From assembly GCA_037142235.1 (NCBI GenBank), contig JBAXBB010000002.1, positions 1 to 55,339 of the forward strand: 55,339 nt of DNA, read 5' to 3'. This stretch comes from Actinomycetes bacterium (GTDB lineage Bacteria; Actinomycetota; Acidimicrobiia; IMCC26256; PALSA-555). The notes under the pieces were generated by a model, which made no database searches, was not told the origin of the DNA, and saw only the letters and a program-made list of their open reading frames with translations. The position numbers and the translations under genes were made by a program. Below, in pieces: positions 25,754 to 34,376 of the stretch (the first letter of the stretch is position 1; each line of letters begins with the position of its first letter).

Positions 25754-26785
25754 TCAGAGCTCCACCAGCGTCGGGACGCGACGCATCGCGATCGCCCGGC
25801 GGCCGAGGTCGAGGGCCAGCTCGTCGGCCGAGCCGAGCACCCCTTCGAGCACCATCATGCGCTTGAGCGTCCGGTGGAACGGGTGGTCGGTGGTGAAGCC
25901 GATGCCCGCGAGCACCTGCTGAGCCTGCGTGGCCACCACCCGGGCCGAGCGGGCGGCGATCGCCTTGGCCAGCGCGGCGGTGAGGTCTCCCCCGTCGTCC
26001 CAGGCGGCGAGGAGGGCCGACTCGATCGCCTCGGCGGCGACGAAGGCCTCGGCGAGGCGGTGGCGCAGCGCCTGGAAGCGAGCGACCGGGCCGCCGAACT
26101 GCTCGCGCGCCAGGGCGTGGTCGCGAGCCTGGTCGAGGGCCGTACGGCACGCGCCTTCGATCTGATGGGCGATCGCCCGCTGCCCGGCGGCCACCGCGGC
26201 GGCCGCCACGACCGGGTCGAGCGGAGTGAGGTCAGCCGGGGCGGCGACCTGGACGCGCTGCCAGCCGAACCACGGGTCGAGTCCGTGGACCCGGGTGGCG
26301 TCGACCGCGGCGCCCGGGAGCGTGGCCAGGGCCGGGCCGTCGCCGCCCGTCACGACGACCAGCACCTCGGCGGCGGCGGCGATTCGCGAGGTGGCCAGTC
26401 CGGTGGCCTCGACCGCGGTGCCCGGTCCGGAACCCGCCGCCACGCCGGCCGTGCCGACGTGGCCCCACCGGGGCAGCACGACCGCGAGGTCGGGGCGCGG
26501 GGTCAGCCCCAGCCCGGCGACCACGACGTCGTCGAGGACGGTCGCGACCCCGTTGGTGGCCCCGAGCGCGCCGAACACCACGCCGATCGCATCGCGAGGT
26601 TCGGCCTCGAGCATCTCGAGCCAGCCGATCCCGGCGAGCACGTCGTCGAGGAGGACGTCTTCGCCGTCGACGTCGCCGACGCCCAGGCCGACGCCCAGGC
26701 CAACGCCCACGCCCGCGGCCTGCGCGGCGGCGATCGCGCCGCGCACGGCCTCGTCGAGGAGCGCGCGTTCCGCGACGTCCATCAT
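25754..26785 (-). CDS. acyl-CoA dehydrogenase family protein, beta-type (short, degenerate N-terminal half)
   Basis: The start MMDVAERALL is at ATG 26785, preceded by GGAGG. The C-terminal ACAD helices (REQFGGPVARFQALRHRLAEA) are present. The low-complexity insert GVGVGLGVGLGVG is encoded by a 12-bp repeat. Confidence 0.75.
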   Translation of the reverse strand: MMDVAERALLDEAVRGAIAAAQAAGVGVGLGVGLGVGDVDGEDVLLDDVLAGIGWLEMLEAEPRDAIGVVFGALGATNGVATVLDDVVVAGLGLTPRPDLAVVLPRWGHVGTAGVAAGSGPGTAVEATGLATSRIAAAAEVLVVVTGGDGPALATLPGAAVDATRVHGLDPWFGWQRVQVAAPADLTPLDPVVAAAAVAAGQRAIAHQIEGACRTALDQARDHALAREQFGGPVARFQALRHRLAEAFVAAEAIESALLAAWDDGGDLTAALAKAIAARSARVVATQAQQVLAGIGFTTDHPFHRTLKRMMVLEGVLGSADELALDLGRRAIAMRRVPTLVEL

Positions 26786-26873
26786 GGTCGGGCCTCCAAG
26801 GTCGCACCTCGTCCGGCCGACACGACTGCCGCCCACACCGGCGACACCCCCGAACCACCTCGGGCCTCGCGCC

Positions 26874-28028
26874 TCACGAGCCTTCGTCCCCGAGGTCGAG
26901 CAGCCGACGGGCGACGATGTTGCGCTGCACCTCGGCGGACCCGCCGTAGATCGTGGAGGCGCGCGAGTAGAGGAACTCGGCGCGCCATGCCTCACCCACC
27001 GGCGTGTCGTCGAGCTCGACCACCCCGGGAAGCAGACGACGCACGGCGTCGTAGACGGCGTACTCGCCCTGGGCGACGAGCACCTTGTCGACCGACGTCT
27101 CGGCGCCGATGGTCTCGCCCGCACCGAGGCGCTGCTGGGTCTTGCGCGAACGAGCGCGCAGGGAGTGGAGGGCGATCCAGGCGTTGCCCAGGGCCTCGGC
27201 GGCCCGGTCGTCGTCGGCGGGCACCCGCTCGGCCAGCCAGTTCATCCGGACGTAGAGGTAGGCGATGCGCTGCCAGAAGCACGACGACCGCTCGAACGGC
27301 AGCAGGTGCATGGCCACGGCCCAGCCGCCACCCACCCCACCGAGGATGCGGTCCGACGGGATCACCACGTCGTCGTAGAAGACCTCGCAGAACTCGAGGT
27401 CGCCGTTGATCATCTCGATCGGCGAGATGGTGATGCCCGGGGTGTCGAGATCGACGAAGAAGGCGGTGATGCCCTTGTGGCGCGACTCGGGCGTACCGGT
27501 GCGGGTGAGGAGGACGCAGCGGTCGGAGTACTGGGCGAGGCTCGTCCAGACCTTCTGACCGTTGACCACCCAGTGGGTGGCGGTCTCGGGGTCGCCCCCC
27601 TGGGGCACCGCCCGACACGACAGGCTGGCCAGGTCGCTGCCCGAGCCGGGCTCGGAGAAGCCTTGGCACCACATCTCGGCCCCGGAGAGGAGGAGCGGCA
27701 CCACCGCGGCGGCGAGCTCGGTGGGGGCGAAGTCGACGAGGGTCGGGACCAGGACCTCGATCAGGGAGTAGACCCCCGGGTCGACGATGCCCCGGGCCAT
27801 GAGGGAAGCGCCGAGTTCGGTCCGCAGGATCGGGGCACCGCCGAGGCCGCCCACCCGCTCGGGCCAGCCGAAGCGGATCCAGCCCGCCTCGTAGAGCAGG
27901 CCCTTGACCCGCTGCATCTGCTCCATGTGCTCGTCGAGCGTGCCGGGGAAGGCGAAGCGGGGCGCGAGCTCGTCGGAGTGGGCGTCGAGCCAGGCGTGGA
28001 ACCCGGTCCGGAACTCGGCGATGTCCAT
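26874..28028 (-). CDS. acyl-CoA dehydrogenase, alpha-type
   Basis: The start MDIAEFRTGF is at ATG 28028. The canonical C-terminal catalytic region STIYGGSAEVQRNIVARRLL is present. Confidence 0.85.
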   Translation of the reverse strand: MDIAEFRTGFHAWLDAHSDELAPRFAFPGTLDEHMEQMQRVKGLLYEAGWIRFGWPERVGGLGGAPILRTELGASLMARGIVDPGVYSLIEVLVPTLVDFAPTELAAAVVPLLLSGAEMWCQGFSEPGSGSDLASLSCRAVPQGGDPETATHWVVNGQKVWTSLAQYSDRCVLLTRTGTPESRHKGITAFFVDLDTPGITISPIEMINGDLEFCEVFYDDVVIPSDRILGGVGGGWAVAMHLLPFERSSCFWQRIAYLYVRMNWLAERVPADDDRAAEALGNAWIALHSLRARSRKTQQRLGAGETIGAETSVDKVLVAQGEYAVYDAVRRLLPGVVELDDTPVGEAWRAEFLYSRASTIYGGSAEVQRNIVARRLLDLGDEGS

Positions 28029-28180
28029 GGGAGCGACTCCGCGCAGCGGTGGAGGGTCGGGCCTGGCCCGGGGCGGGTTCCACCGGCTCGGGCGGAAAGC
28101 CCGTCTCCGGAGGACGCAAGACAGATTCTCGTTCCGACGTCCGACGCTACCCCAATCGGCCACCGGCGGCGCACGGCCCG

Positions 28181-28224
28181 GCTCACTCCCAGCTCACTCC
28201 CAGCTCACTCCCAGCTCACTCCCG
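28181..28224. repeat. 11-bp tandem repeat (gctcactccc[a/g]), four copies, non-coding
   Basis: Four head-to-tail copies lie between the HNH gene stop (28238) and the ACAD operon start (28028). Confidence 0.95.
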
Positions 28225-28237
28225 GACCGCTCCTGGC

Positions 28238-29422
28238 TCAGCCCGACGGCCCGGCCCGGGCGCCGACCGAGGCGGCCCCATGGTCCCGGTCGCCATGGTC
28301 CCGGTCGCCATGGTCCCGGTCGCCATGGTCCCGGTCGCCATGGTCCTGATCCTGGGCGATGCGGTGGAGTTCGAGTCCGTCGGGGCGGTTCGGGTTGCCG
28401 GTGAGCACCCGGGTGCCGTGCGGGACGAGGCGGTGGTGATGCATCGCACACACAGCGGCCAGGTTGGTGAAGTGGTCGGAGCCGCCCTGGCTGCGCGGCA
28501 CGAGGTGGTGGACCTCGAGGCCCCAGCGGATCTGGCAGCCCGGCCAGCGACACCTCCCGTCGCGCCGGACGACCGCCCGACGGACCTTGGCGTTCAGCGG
28601 ATGCACCGCCCGGGAGATCCCCACCACGGAGCCGGCCTCGTCGACCACGGCGACCTCGACGGTCGAATTGGCGCGCAGCTGCTCGACCTGCTCGACCCCG
28701 AGCAGCACGCCGTCGGCGACCTCGGCCGGACCGTCGACGGGCACGCTGACCACCACCTTGGGCCGCACACCGTCGGCAGCCGTGCCGGTCTTCCCGGCCG
28801 CGCGGTCCACCAGCGCCGTCAGGGCATCGGCGGCGCGCCGTTCGGGACGCTCCCACGGCTCACCTCGGGCCGGGCGCATCTGCTCGGTGATCTGGTGGAT
28901 CACACTCTCGAACGCCGCCCCCTGGAGGTCGGGCAACGCGAACCGACCTTCGAGCATGCCCCGATCTTCGGTCCACCAGGTCCGGAGGAGCCGGGCCTCG
29001 TGCCGCCGCCGGGTGTCCTCCACGCTCGGCGGGCGCGCCCGGCGGGCTTCGCGATTCAGGTCGGCGGGCGACATGTGCTGGGCGCGCTCGGCCCACTCAC
29101 GGTCCGATCCGGCGTCGGCGACCTTCACCGCCGCCTTGGCCTGCTCCACACTCAAGAGCCCCTCACCGGTTGCGGAGGCCACCTCGGGCAGGGCGTCGAA
29201 CGCTCGGGCCGTCTCGACCGTGGCGCGCAGGTCCCGCAGGTCCACCCCGTCACGCGCGGCCAACGAGTCGTCGATCCGACCGCGTTCGTCGAGCACGAGC
29301 GTGACCGCCAGGATCTCCGTCTCGATCCGCCGCTGCTCGACCAACAGCGCATCACGCCGCGTCGCCAACGCCGGGGTCTCCCAGCACCGGAGCCTGTCGA
29401 CCACTTCCGACCACTCGAACAT
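28238..29422 (-). CDS. DUF222-type HNH endonuclease (REP13E12-like family)
   Basis: Has the HNH core GLEVHHLVPRSQGGSDHFTNLAAVCAMHHHRL. The N-terminal DUF222-like region is typical of actinobacterial 13E12-type proteins. The start is ATG 29422 (MFEWSE) or ATG 29455. Confidence 0.8.
   Translation of the reverse strand: MFEWSEVVDRLRCWETPALATRRDALLVEQRRIETEILAVTLVLDERGRIDDSLAARDGVDLRDLRATVETARAFDALPEVASATGEGLLSVEQAKAAVKVADAGSDREWAERAQHMSPADLNREARRARPPSVEDTRRRHEARLLRTWWTEDRGMLEGRFALPDLQGAAFESVIHQITEQMRPARGEPWERPERRAADALTALVDRAAGKTGTAADGVRPKVVVSVPVDGPAEVADGVLLGVEQVEQLRANSTVEVAVVDEAGSVVGISRAVHPLNAKVRRAVVRRDGRCRWPGCQIRWGLEVHHLVPRSQGGSDHFTNLAAVCAMHHHRLVPHGTRVLTGNPNRPDGLELHRIAQDQDHGDRDHGDRDHGDRDHGDRDHGAASVGARAGPSG
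28279..28353. repeat. 15-bp tandem repeat (catggtcccggtcgc), four perfect copies plus one degenerate, coding
   Basis: On the minus strand it encodes the (DRDHG)n tail of the HNH protein (...DQDHGDRDHGDRDHGDRDHGDRDHG...). Confidence 0.95.
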
Positions 29423-29489
29423 GAAGCCATCATCCCAGCGGGGTGTGACACTCATCCCCCGTCGCCGGTGCCGGGATAGGGTTGGCCCG

Positions 29490-30728
29490 ATGACGACGCA
29501 CGACGCGGCCCGGCCCACGGTCGACTTCGACCTGCTCGACTCGCCCAGCCGAGCGAAGTCCGACACCGACTGGGAGGCGCTCCTCGACGGAGGCTGCCCG
29601 GTCGTCTGGTCGGAGCACAACGGCGGCATGTGGGTCGTGAGCAGCTACGAGGCGATCTCGGCCGTGTTGCGCGACTGGGAGCGGTTCTCGTCGGAGCGCT
29701 TCGACCCCGACCGCTGCGCGATCTCGTTCTCCACGGGCAAGGTCCCGCTCATGCTCCCCGAGGAGGCCGACCCACCGCGCTGGTACGAGCTGCGGCGGGC
29801 GCTGGCGGTCATCCTCTCCCCGCAGGCGTCGGAGCGCCTGCGCCCCCGGGCGCGCTCCTGGGCCCACCACCACCTCGACCGGGTGTGCGAGCAGGGCCAC
29901 GCCGACCTGGTCGACGACCTCGCGGTGCCGGTGCCCTCGGCGGTGGTGATGGAGTGGATGGGCTTCCCGCCCGAGGAGTGGGACTGGTTCCGGGCCGCCT
30001 TCCACGGCGTGCCCGCCTACCCCAACGGCTCGCCCGAGCGCCGGAAGGCCTCCGAGGCGTACGGACACGTGCTCGACCGGATCGTCGAGGAGATCGCCGA
30101 CCGGCGGGCGAACCCCCGCGACGACATCCTCACCGTGATCGCCCACCACGAGATCGACGGCGAGCGCGTCCCCGACGAGATCGCCCATTCCCTCGCCTTC
30201 ATCACGCTCACCGGTGGCGTCGACACCACCACGTCGCTCACCGGGGCCGCGATCGCCCACCTCGCGACCCATCCGGCCGACCGGCAGCGGCTCCTCGACG
30301 ACCCGTCGCTGCTGACCACCGCCACCGAGGAGTTCCTGCGCTACTACCCGCCCGCGCGCACCCACGCCCGCACCGTGGCCGTCGACACCGAGTTCGCCGG
30401 CGTGGAGATGAAACGGGGCGAGCGGGTGTGCGTGAGCGAGGTCGCGGCGGGCCGCGACGAGGCGGCGTTCCCCGACGCCCGCGAATTCGTCATCGACCGC
30501 AACCCCAACCGACACCTGTCGTTCGGGGTCGGCATCCACCGCTGCCCCGGCTCGCACCTCGCCCGGATCGAGTTCGTGGAGATGATCACGGCGCTGCTCG
30601 AGCGGATGCCCGACTTCGCGATCGACCCCGATGCGATCGTCGAGTACCCCGACTGGTCGATGTCGGGGGGCTACCGCAGCCTGCCCGCCACGTTCACGCC
30701 GAGTGCCCCGTGGGGGCTCACCGCCTGA
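29490..30728 (+). CDS. cytochrome P450
   Basis: Has the heme-Cys loop FGVGIHRCPGSHLAR, ExxR (EEFLRYYPP) and the I-helix LTGGVDTTT. The start is ATG 29490 (MTTHDAARP). Confidence 0.9.
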   Translation: MTTHDAARPTVDFDLLDSPSRAKSDTDWEALLDGGCPVVWSEHNGGMWVVSSYEAISAVLRDWERFSSERFDPDRCAISFSTGKVPLMLPEEADPPRWYELRRALAVILSPQASERLRPRARSWAHHHLDRVCEQGHADLVDDLAVPVPSAVVMEWMGFPPEEWDWFRAAFHGVPAYPNGSPERRKASEAYGHVLDRIVEEIADRRANPRDDILTVIAHHEIDGERVPDEIAHSLAFITLTGGVDTTTSLTGAAIAHLATHPADRQRLLDDPSLLTTATEEFLRYYPPARTHARTVAVDTEFAGVEMKRGERVCVSEVAAGRDEAAFPDAREFVIDRNPNRHLSFGVGIHRCPGSHLARIEFVEMITALLERMPDFAIDPDAIVEYPDWSMSGGYRSLPATFTPSAPWGLTA

Positions 30729-30734
30729 TCGCGG

Positions 30735-31754
30735 TCACGACGGATCGACGCCCCCCGGAACCTCCCCCGGGTCGGAGTAGAACTGCGCCGCCCACTTGCG
30801 GAACGCCACGATCGGGCCGTCGCCCTGGACGAGCAGGGGCTTGTCGACGAAGCGCTTGGCGTTCCAGATCGGGATGTCCTGGTAGATCCCGCTCTTGGCG
30901 AAGCGGTCCATCATCGCCCGGCCGGCGTCGTCGCCGAGCGCCTTGGGCCAGGCGAACAGCCACTGCTGGTGCGTGTGGGACTCGTCGACCGGCGACGACG
31001 CGTACATGAACGTCAGCACGCCGGGGATGCGCAGGATCCCCATGCCGAGCTGGTGGGTCTCCCGGTCCATCGGGAGTCCCTCGCCGTTGGTGCCCGCCGT
31101 GGTGCGCACCCGCCCCTCGAACGTCGTCTGCTGCTCGGGGATCTCGTCGAGGCCGTGCACGTAGCGGAAGTGGACGGTGTCCTGGTCGTTCTCGGTGATG
31201 TCCTGGACGCTCGCGCCGATGTACCGGTCGGTGTAGACGGGCCCGGTCCAGTCGGGGTCGGAGAACTCGGGGATCTCCGGGAGGTCCCACGCCGGCGGCT
31301 CGCCGAGGAGGTGGTGCCAGGCGAACACCATGCCGTTGAGGTCGCGTGCCGGGTAGGCGCGCACCTGCGCCCGGGCCGGGATGTTGGCGGTGCTGTACGG
31401 AATCTCGACGCAGCGACCGTCGACGTCGAAGCGCCACCCGTGGAAGGGGCACTGGATGCAGTTGCGGTGGACCGTGCCCGGGCCCGGCTCCACCGACTCC
31501 GGTGCGCCCGACCCGACCCCGAGGTGCGCGCCGAGGTGCGGGCAGTAGGCGTCGAGCACGCCGGGCGTGCCGTCCTCGCCCCGGAACACGACGAGGTCAC
31601 GCCCGAAGTAGTGGACGTTGCGCACCTGCCCCGGCGCGACCGCGTCGCTCGGGCTCACCCCGAACCACCCGTTGGGCACCGGCAGCGGGAAGCCACCCCC
31701 GCCGACGTACCCGCGCCCCAGCACGAGCGAAAGCTCCTCGTCGGTCAACGCCAT
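30735..31754 (-). CDS. KshA-like Rieske non-heme iron oxygenase
   Basis: Has the Rieske motif CPHLGAHL...CPFHGWRF followed by DGRCVEIPY, and an Fe motif ENDQDTVHFRYVHG. ATG 31754 is preceded by GGGGAGGGG. Confidence 0.8.
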   Translation of the reverse strand: MALTDEELSLVLGRGYVGGGGFPLPVPNGWFGVSPSDAVAPGQVRNVHYFGRDLVVFRGEDGTPGVLDAYCPHLGAHLGVGSGAPESVEPGPGTVHRNCIQCPFHGWRFDVDGRCVEIPYSTANIPARAQVRAYPARDLNGMVFAWHHLLGEPPAWDLPEIPEFSDPDWTGPVYTDRYIGASVQDITENDQDTVHFRYVHGLDEIPEQQTTFEGRVRTTAGTNGEGLPMDRETHQLGMGILRIPGVLTFMYASSPVDESHTHQQWLFAWPKALGDDAGRAMMDRFAKSGIYQDIPIWNAKRFVDKPLLVQGDGPIVAFRKWAAQFYSDPGEVPGGVDPS

Positions 31755-31782
31755 GGTCGTCCCCTCCCCCGGGTGCGCGGGC

Positions 31783-32145
31783 TCAGCCCGCGGCGTCCTC
31801 CTGCGCCGCCAGCTCGGCGGCGGAGTACCGGGTGTTGACGTCGACCGCGACGGCACCCAGGCGGGCCACGGCGAACCAGCTCAGCAGGAACGCCGGGCAG
31901 TTCTCGAGCAGGATCATCACGCCGTCGCCGCGCCGGACGCCGCACGCCACCAGGCCCGCCGCCACGCGGTCGACCGCCGCGTTGAACTCGGCGTAGGTCC
32001 AGCGCCCCGCCTCCCCACCGGGCGGCTCCCAGATCACGAAGTCGTGGTCACCGCGGCTCGCGGCCCGGGACGCCAGCAGCGTGGTGACGTCCTGCCCCGA
32101 GAACGGGTGGACGGCAGGCAGCGTGATCGACGTCGTGATCGGCAC
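31783..32145 (-). pseudogene. 5' fragment (about 120 codons) of an AMP-dependent acyl-CoA synthetase gene
   Basis: The GTG at 32145 is preceded by GGAGGA. The translation matches only the N-terminal region of FadD-type ligases (WTYAEFNAAVDRVAAGLVACGVRRGDGVMILLENCPAFLLSWFAVARLGAVAVDVNTRYSAAELA). It stops at 31783, long before any AMP-binding motif. Confidence 0.65.
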
Positions 32146-32185
32146 GGATCCTCCGCAAGGGCCGGGACGCCCAGTGTCCCACAGG

Positions 32186-32285
32186 ACGCCAGTTCCGGGG
32201 AGGACGACGGTGGGACGGTTCGACGGCAGGGTCGTGACCGTGACCGGCGCCGGGCGGGGCATCGGTCGGGCCCACGCCCGGGCGT
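32186..32285 (+). pseudogene. orphan 5' fragment of an SDR gene (copy of 35621-35720)
   Basis: This 100 bp has 2 mismatches relative to the RBS, GTG start and first 25 codons (GRFDG[R/K]VV[T/I]VTGAGRGIGRAHARA) of the SDR at 35645. Similarity ends abruptly at 32285. Confidence 0.85.
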
Positions 32286-32308
32286 CCGGCGTCGGGCGTG
32301 CCCGACAC

Positions 32309-33514
32309 CTACATGAAGTTGCGGGTGTGCAGATCGGCGATGGTCTCGGCCTCACCGGCGGTGAACCCGAGCCGGGCGAGCCGACCCCGACGCCCGTCGG
32401 CCATGTCGCGCTGGAGGTCCTGGACGCAGTCCCAACCCAACCGGACGGCGTCCGGGGTGGCGGACCCGGCGGCGAGGAGCACCAGGGCGTCGAAGACGTC
32501 CTCGTTGAGACCCGAGGTGTGCTGCAACGCCCGGTGACGGGCCTCCACGGCCCGGGCCAGACGCGGGCGCAGGTCGGGATCGAGGGTGGTGTGGCGCTCG
32601 AGGTGCGCCAGCGCGAACGCGACGTGGCGGGCCTCGTCGGCGCGGGTGCGCGCCGCGATCTGGCGGGTGAGCGGATCGGGGGCGTGGTGCTCGAGGAAGG
32701 TGAGCAACGACACGAACGTGCCCTCGCCCATCACCGAGAGCAGGAACGCCGCCGTGGCGTAGTCGGGCTCGTCGAGCAGGGTCTGCAGCGAGGCGCGGCC
32801 CCCCGAGGTGGACAGCGCGAGCGGGCGCCCCGCGAGCCGGGCCCGTCGGGTGAAGACCTCGACGTGGCGGGCCTCGTCGGCCACCGTCACGGCCAGGACC
32901 TGTTGGATCTCGCGGAAGTGGGGGTGGACCTGGCCGAGGAAGCGGGCCGGCACCACCAAGGCGGCCTCCTCGTTCTCGATCAGGAACGTCATCACCTGCA
33001 CCACTGCCGCCTCCACCTCGGGCGGGTTGTCGACCGGCACCGACCAGTCGACTGCGGTCGCCGGGTCCCACTGGCCTGCGGCCGCCTGCGCGTAGAGGGC
33101 GGCCGCCCGGTCGGTCCAGACGTCGTCCCGGTGCGCGAGCCGGAACCGGGGGGAGGGCCCACCGGGCTCGACCGCGGCACCGCGTGCAGCCAACCCCCAG
33201 TCGGGGACCGCCGTCGCGGCGATCCCGTCGGGCTCGCCGTCGCCCTCCGCCCGGGCGGCGCCTCGCCAGCGGGCCCCGGCGGTCGCCCCGCGCTCGACCC
33301 AGCCGACGACGCCCGGCGGGTCACCGACCTCGACCGACCGCCAGGTGTGCCCCTGCTGACGGCACCAGGCGGCGAGGTGCGCGGACAGCGCAGGGTGGTC
33401 CCCCCGCACGGCGATCCGCTCCCCCGCCGCCCGGTCGGACAGGGCCAGCGCGACAAGCACGTGCGCGCCTCCGTCGAGCCCGAGCGCACCCAGGTCGACG
33501 ACCGCGGTGCTCAC
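32309..33514 (-). CDS. ferritin-like diiron protein with N-terminal TusA-like domain
   Basis: Has two E...DEARH four-helix-bundle motifs (ENEEAAL...ADEARHVEVF and GEGTF...ADEARHVAFALAHL). The N-terminal 70 aa or so follow the TusA pattern (VVDLGALG..GERIAVRGDHPALSAHLAAWCRQQGH) without the Cys-Pro. The GTG at 33514 overlaps the upstream stop as GTGA. Confidence 0.7.
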   Translation of the reverse strand: MSTAVVDLGALGLDGGAHVLVALALSDRAAGERIAVRGDHPALSAHLAAWCRQQGHTWRSVEVGDPPGVVGWVERGATAGARWRGAARAEGDGEPDGIAATAVPDWGLAARGAAVEPGGPSPRFRLAHRDDVWTDRAAALYAQAAAGQWDPATAVDWSVPVDNPPEVEAAVVQVMTFLIENEEAALVVPARFLGQVHPHFREIQQVLAVTVADEARHVEVFTRRARLAGRPLALSTSGGRASLQTLLDEPDYATAAFLLSVMGEGTFVSLLTFLEHHAPDPLTRQIAARTRADEARHVAFALAHLERHTTLDPDLRPRLARAVEARHRALQHTSGLNEDVFDALVLLAAGSATPDAVRLGWDCVQDLQRDMADGRRGRLARLGFTAGEAETIADLHTRNFM

Positions 33515-34365
33515 CGCGGATAGCCCGCCGTGAGGATCTGCCCGTCGGTCCCGTAGAACCCGAGTCGGTCGACTGCCGCCTCGAGCTGGTCGTACCCGGA
33601 CGTGCGGCCCGGCCGCCACTCCCGCAGCCCCTCGAGCTCGAGGAGCGGCCGGACCTCGGGATCGTCGAACGACATCCCGAGCAGCAGGTCGGTGAACCGG
33701 TCGACCAGGGCCGGGTCCACACCGTCGAGCACCGTCATCGTGCAGTGGTCGTAGGGCGCCGTGCAGGTCAGGATCCGCAACGTGTCGGCGTCGACGGTGC
33801 CCTCACGGGCGAAGAGCAGCTGGTTGCCGTCGATGACGCACGCGGCATCTGCCCGACCCTCGACCAGCGCGACGACCGCGTCACGCTCACCGCCGATGTG
33901 GTCACCGTGCTTGGTGACCATGACGTCGTGGCGCAGGACCGTGACGTCGGACCCGGGGTCGAGCCCGGCCGCCGCCAGGTGTGCGAGCGGCAAGAGCGTG
34001 GCCTGGGGCGAGTCGACCGCCCCGACCGCGACCGTCCGGCCCGCGAGCGCGCCGACGTCGTCGAGGCCGGCATCGGCCCGCACCAGGACCACCGACGTGA
34101 GGTCCTGGTCGGTGTCGCGCATCGCGACCGACCGGGCCGTCCGGCCCACCGCCGCGGCGAGCCGCCGGGTGCGGACCCACGCCAGGGGTGAGTCCCAGGT
34201 GACGTCGACGTGCCCGGCGAGGTGCGCCTCGGCCTGCGCCTCGTAGCCCGAGTAGAGCACGTAGTCGAAGTCGAAGCCCCGGTCGGCGAACCAGTCACCG
34301 AAGCCCTCCCAGATGGTGACCACCTTGGGGTCGTAGGCCACCGCGCCGAGCGTGAACGGTCGCAT
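33511..34365 (-). CDS. PhnD/SsuA-type periplasmic-binding-protein-fold protein lacking a signal peptide
   Basis: ATG 34365 (MRPFTLGAVAYDPKVV) is preceded by GAGGAGGG. The PhnD-like pattern begins at residue 4, so there is no room for a leader. The upstream part of track ORF 33511..34797 is Arg-rich and overlaps the ACAD gene. Confidence 0.7.
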   Translation of the reverse strand: MRPFTLGAVAYDPKVVTIWEGFGDWFADRGFDFDYVLYSGYEAQAEAHLAGHVDVTWDSPLAWVRTRRLAAAVGRTARSVAMRDTDQDLTSVVLVRADAGLDDVGALAGRTVAVGAVDSPQATLLPLAHLAAAGLDPGSDVTVLRHDVMVTKHGDHIGGERDAVVALVEGRADAACVIDGNQLLFAREGTVDADTLRILTCTAPYDHCTMTVLDGVDPALVDRFTDLLLGMSFDDPEVRPLLELEGLREWRPGRTSGYDQLEAAVDRLGFYGTDGQILTAGYPR

Positions 34366-34376
34366 CACCACCCTCC

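Noticed and set aside
26678-26713. A 12-bp repeat (gacgcccaggcc, two copies plus one variant) inside the beta-type ACAD gene.
   Set aside because: It encodes a GVGLGVGLGVG low-complexity insert. It is in frame and is probably a tolerated loop expansion, not a separate feature.
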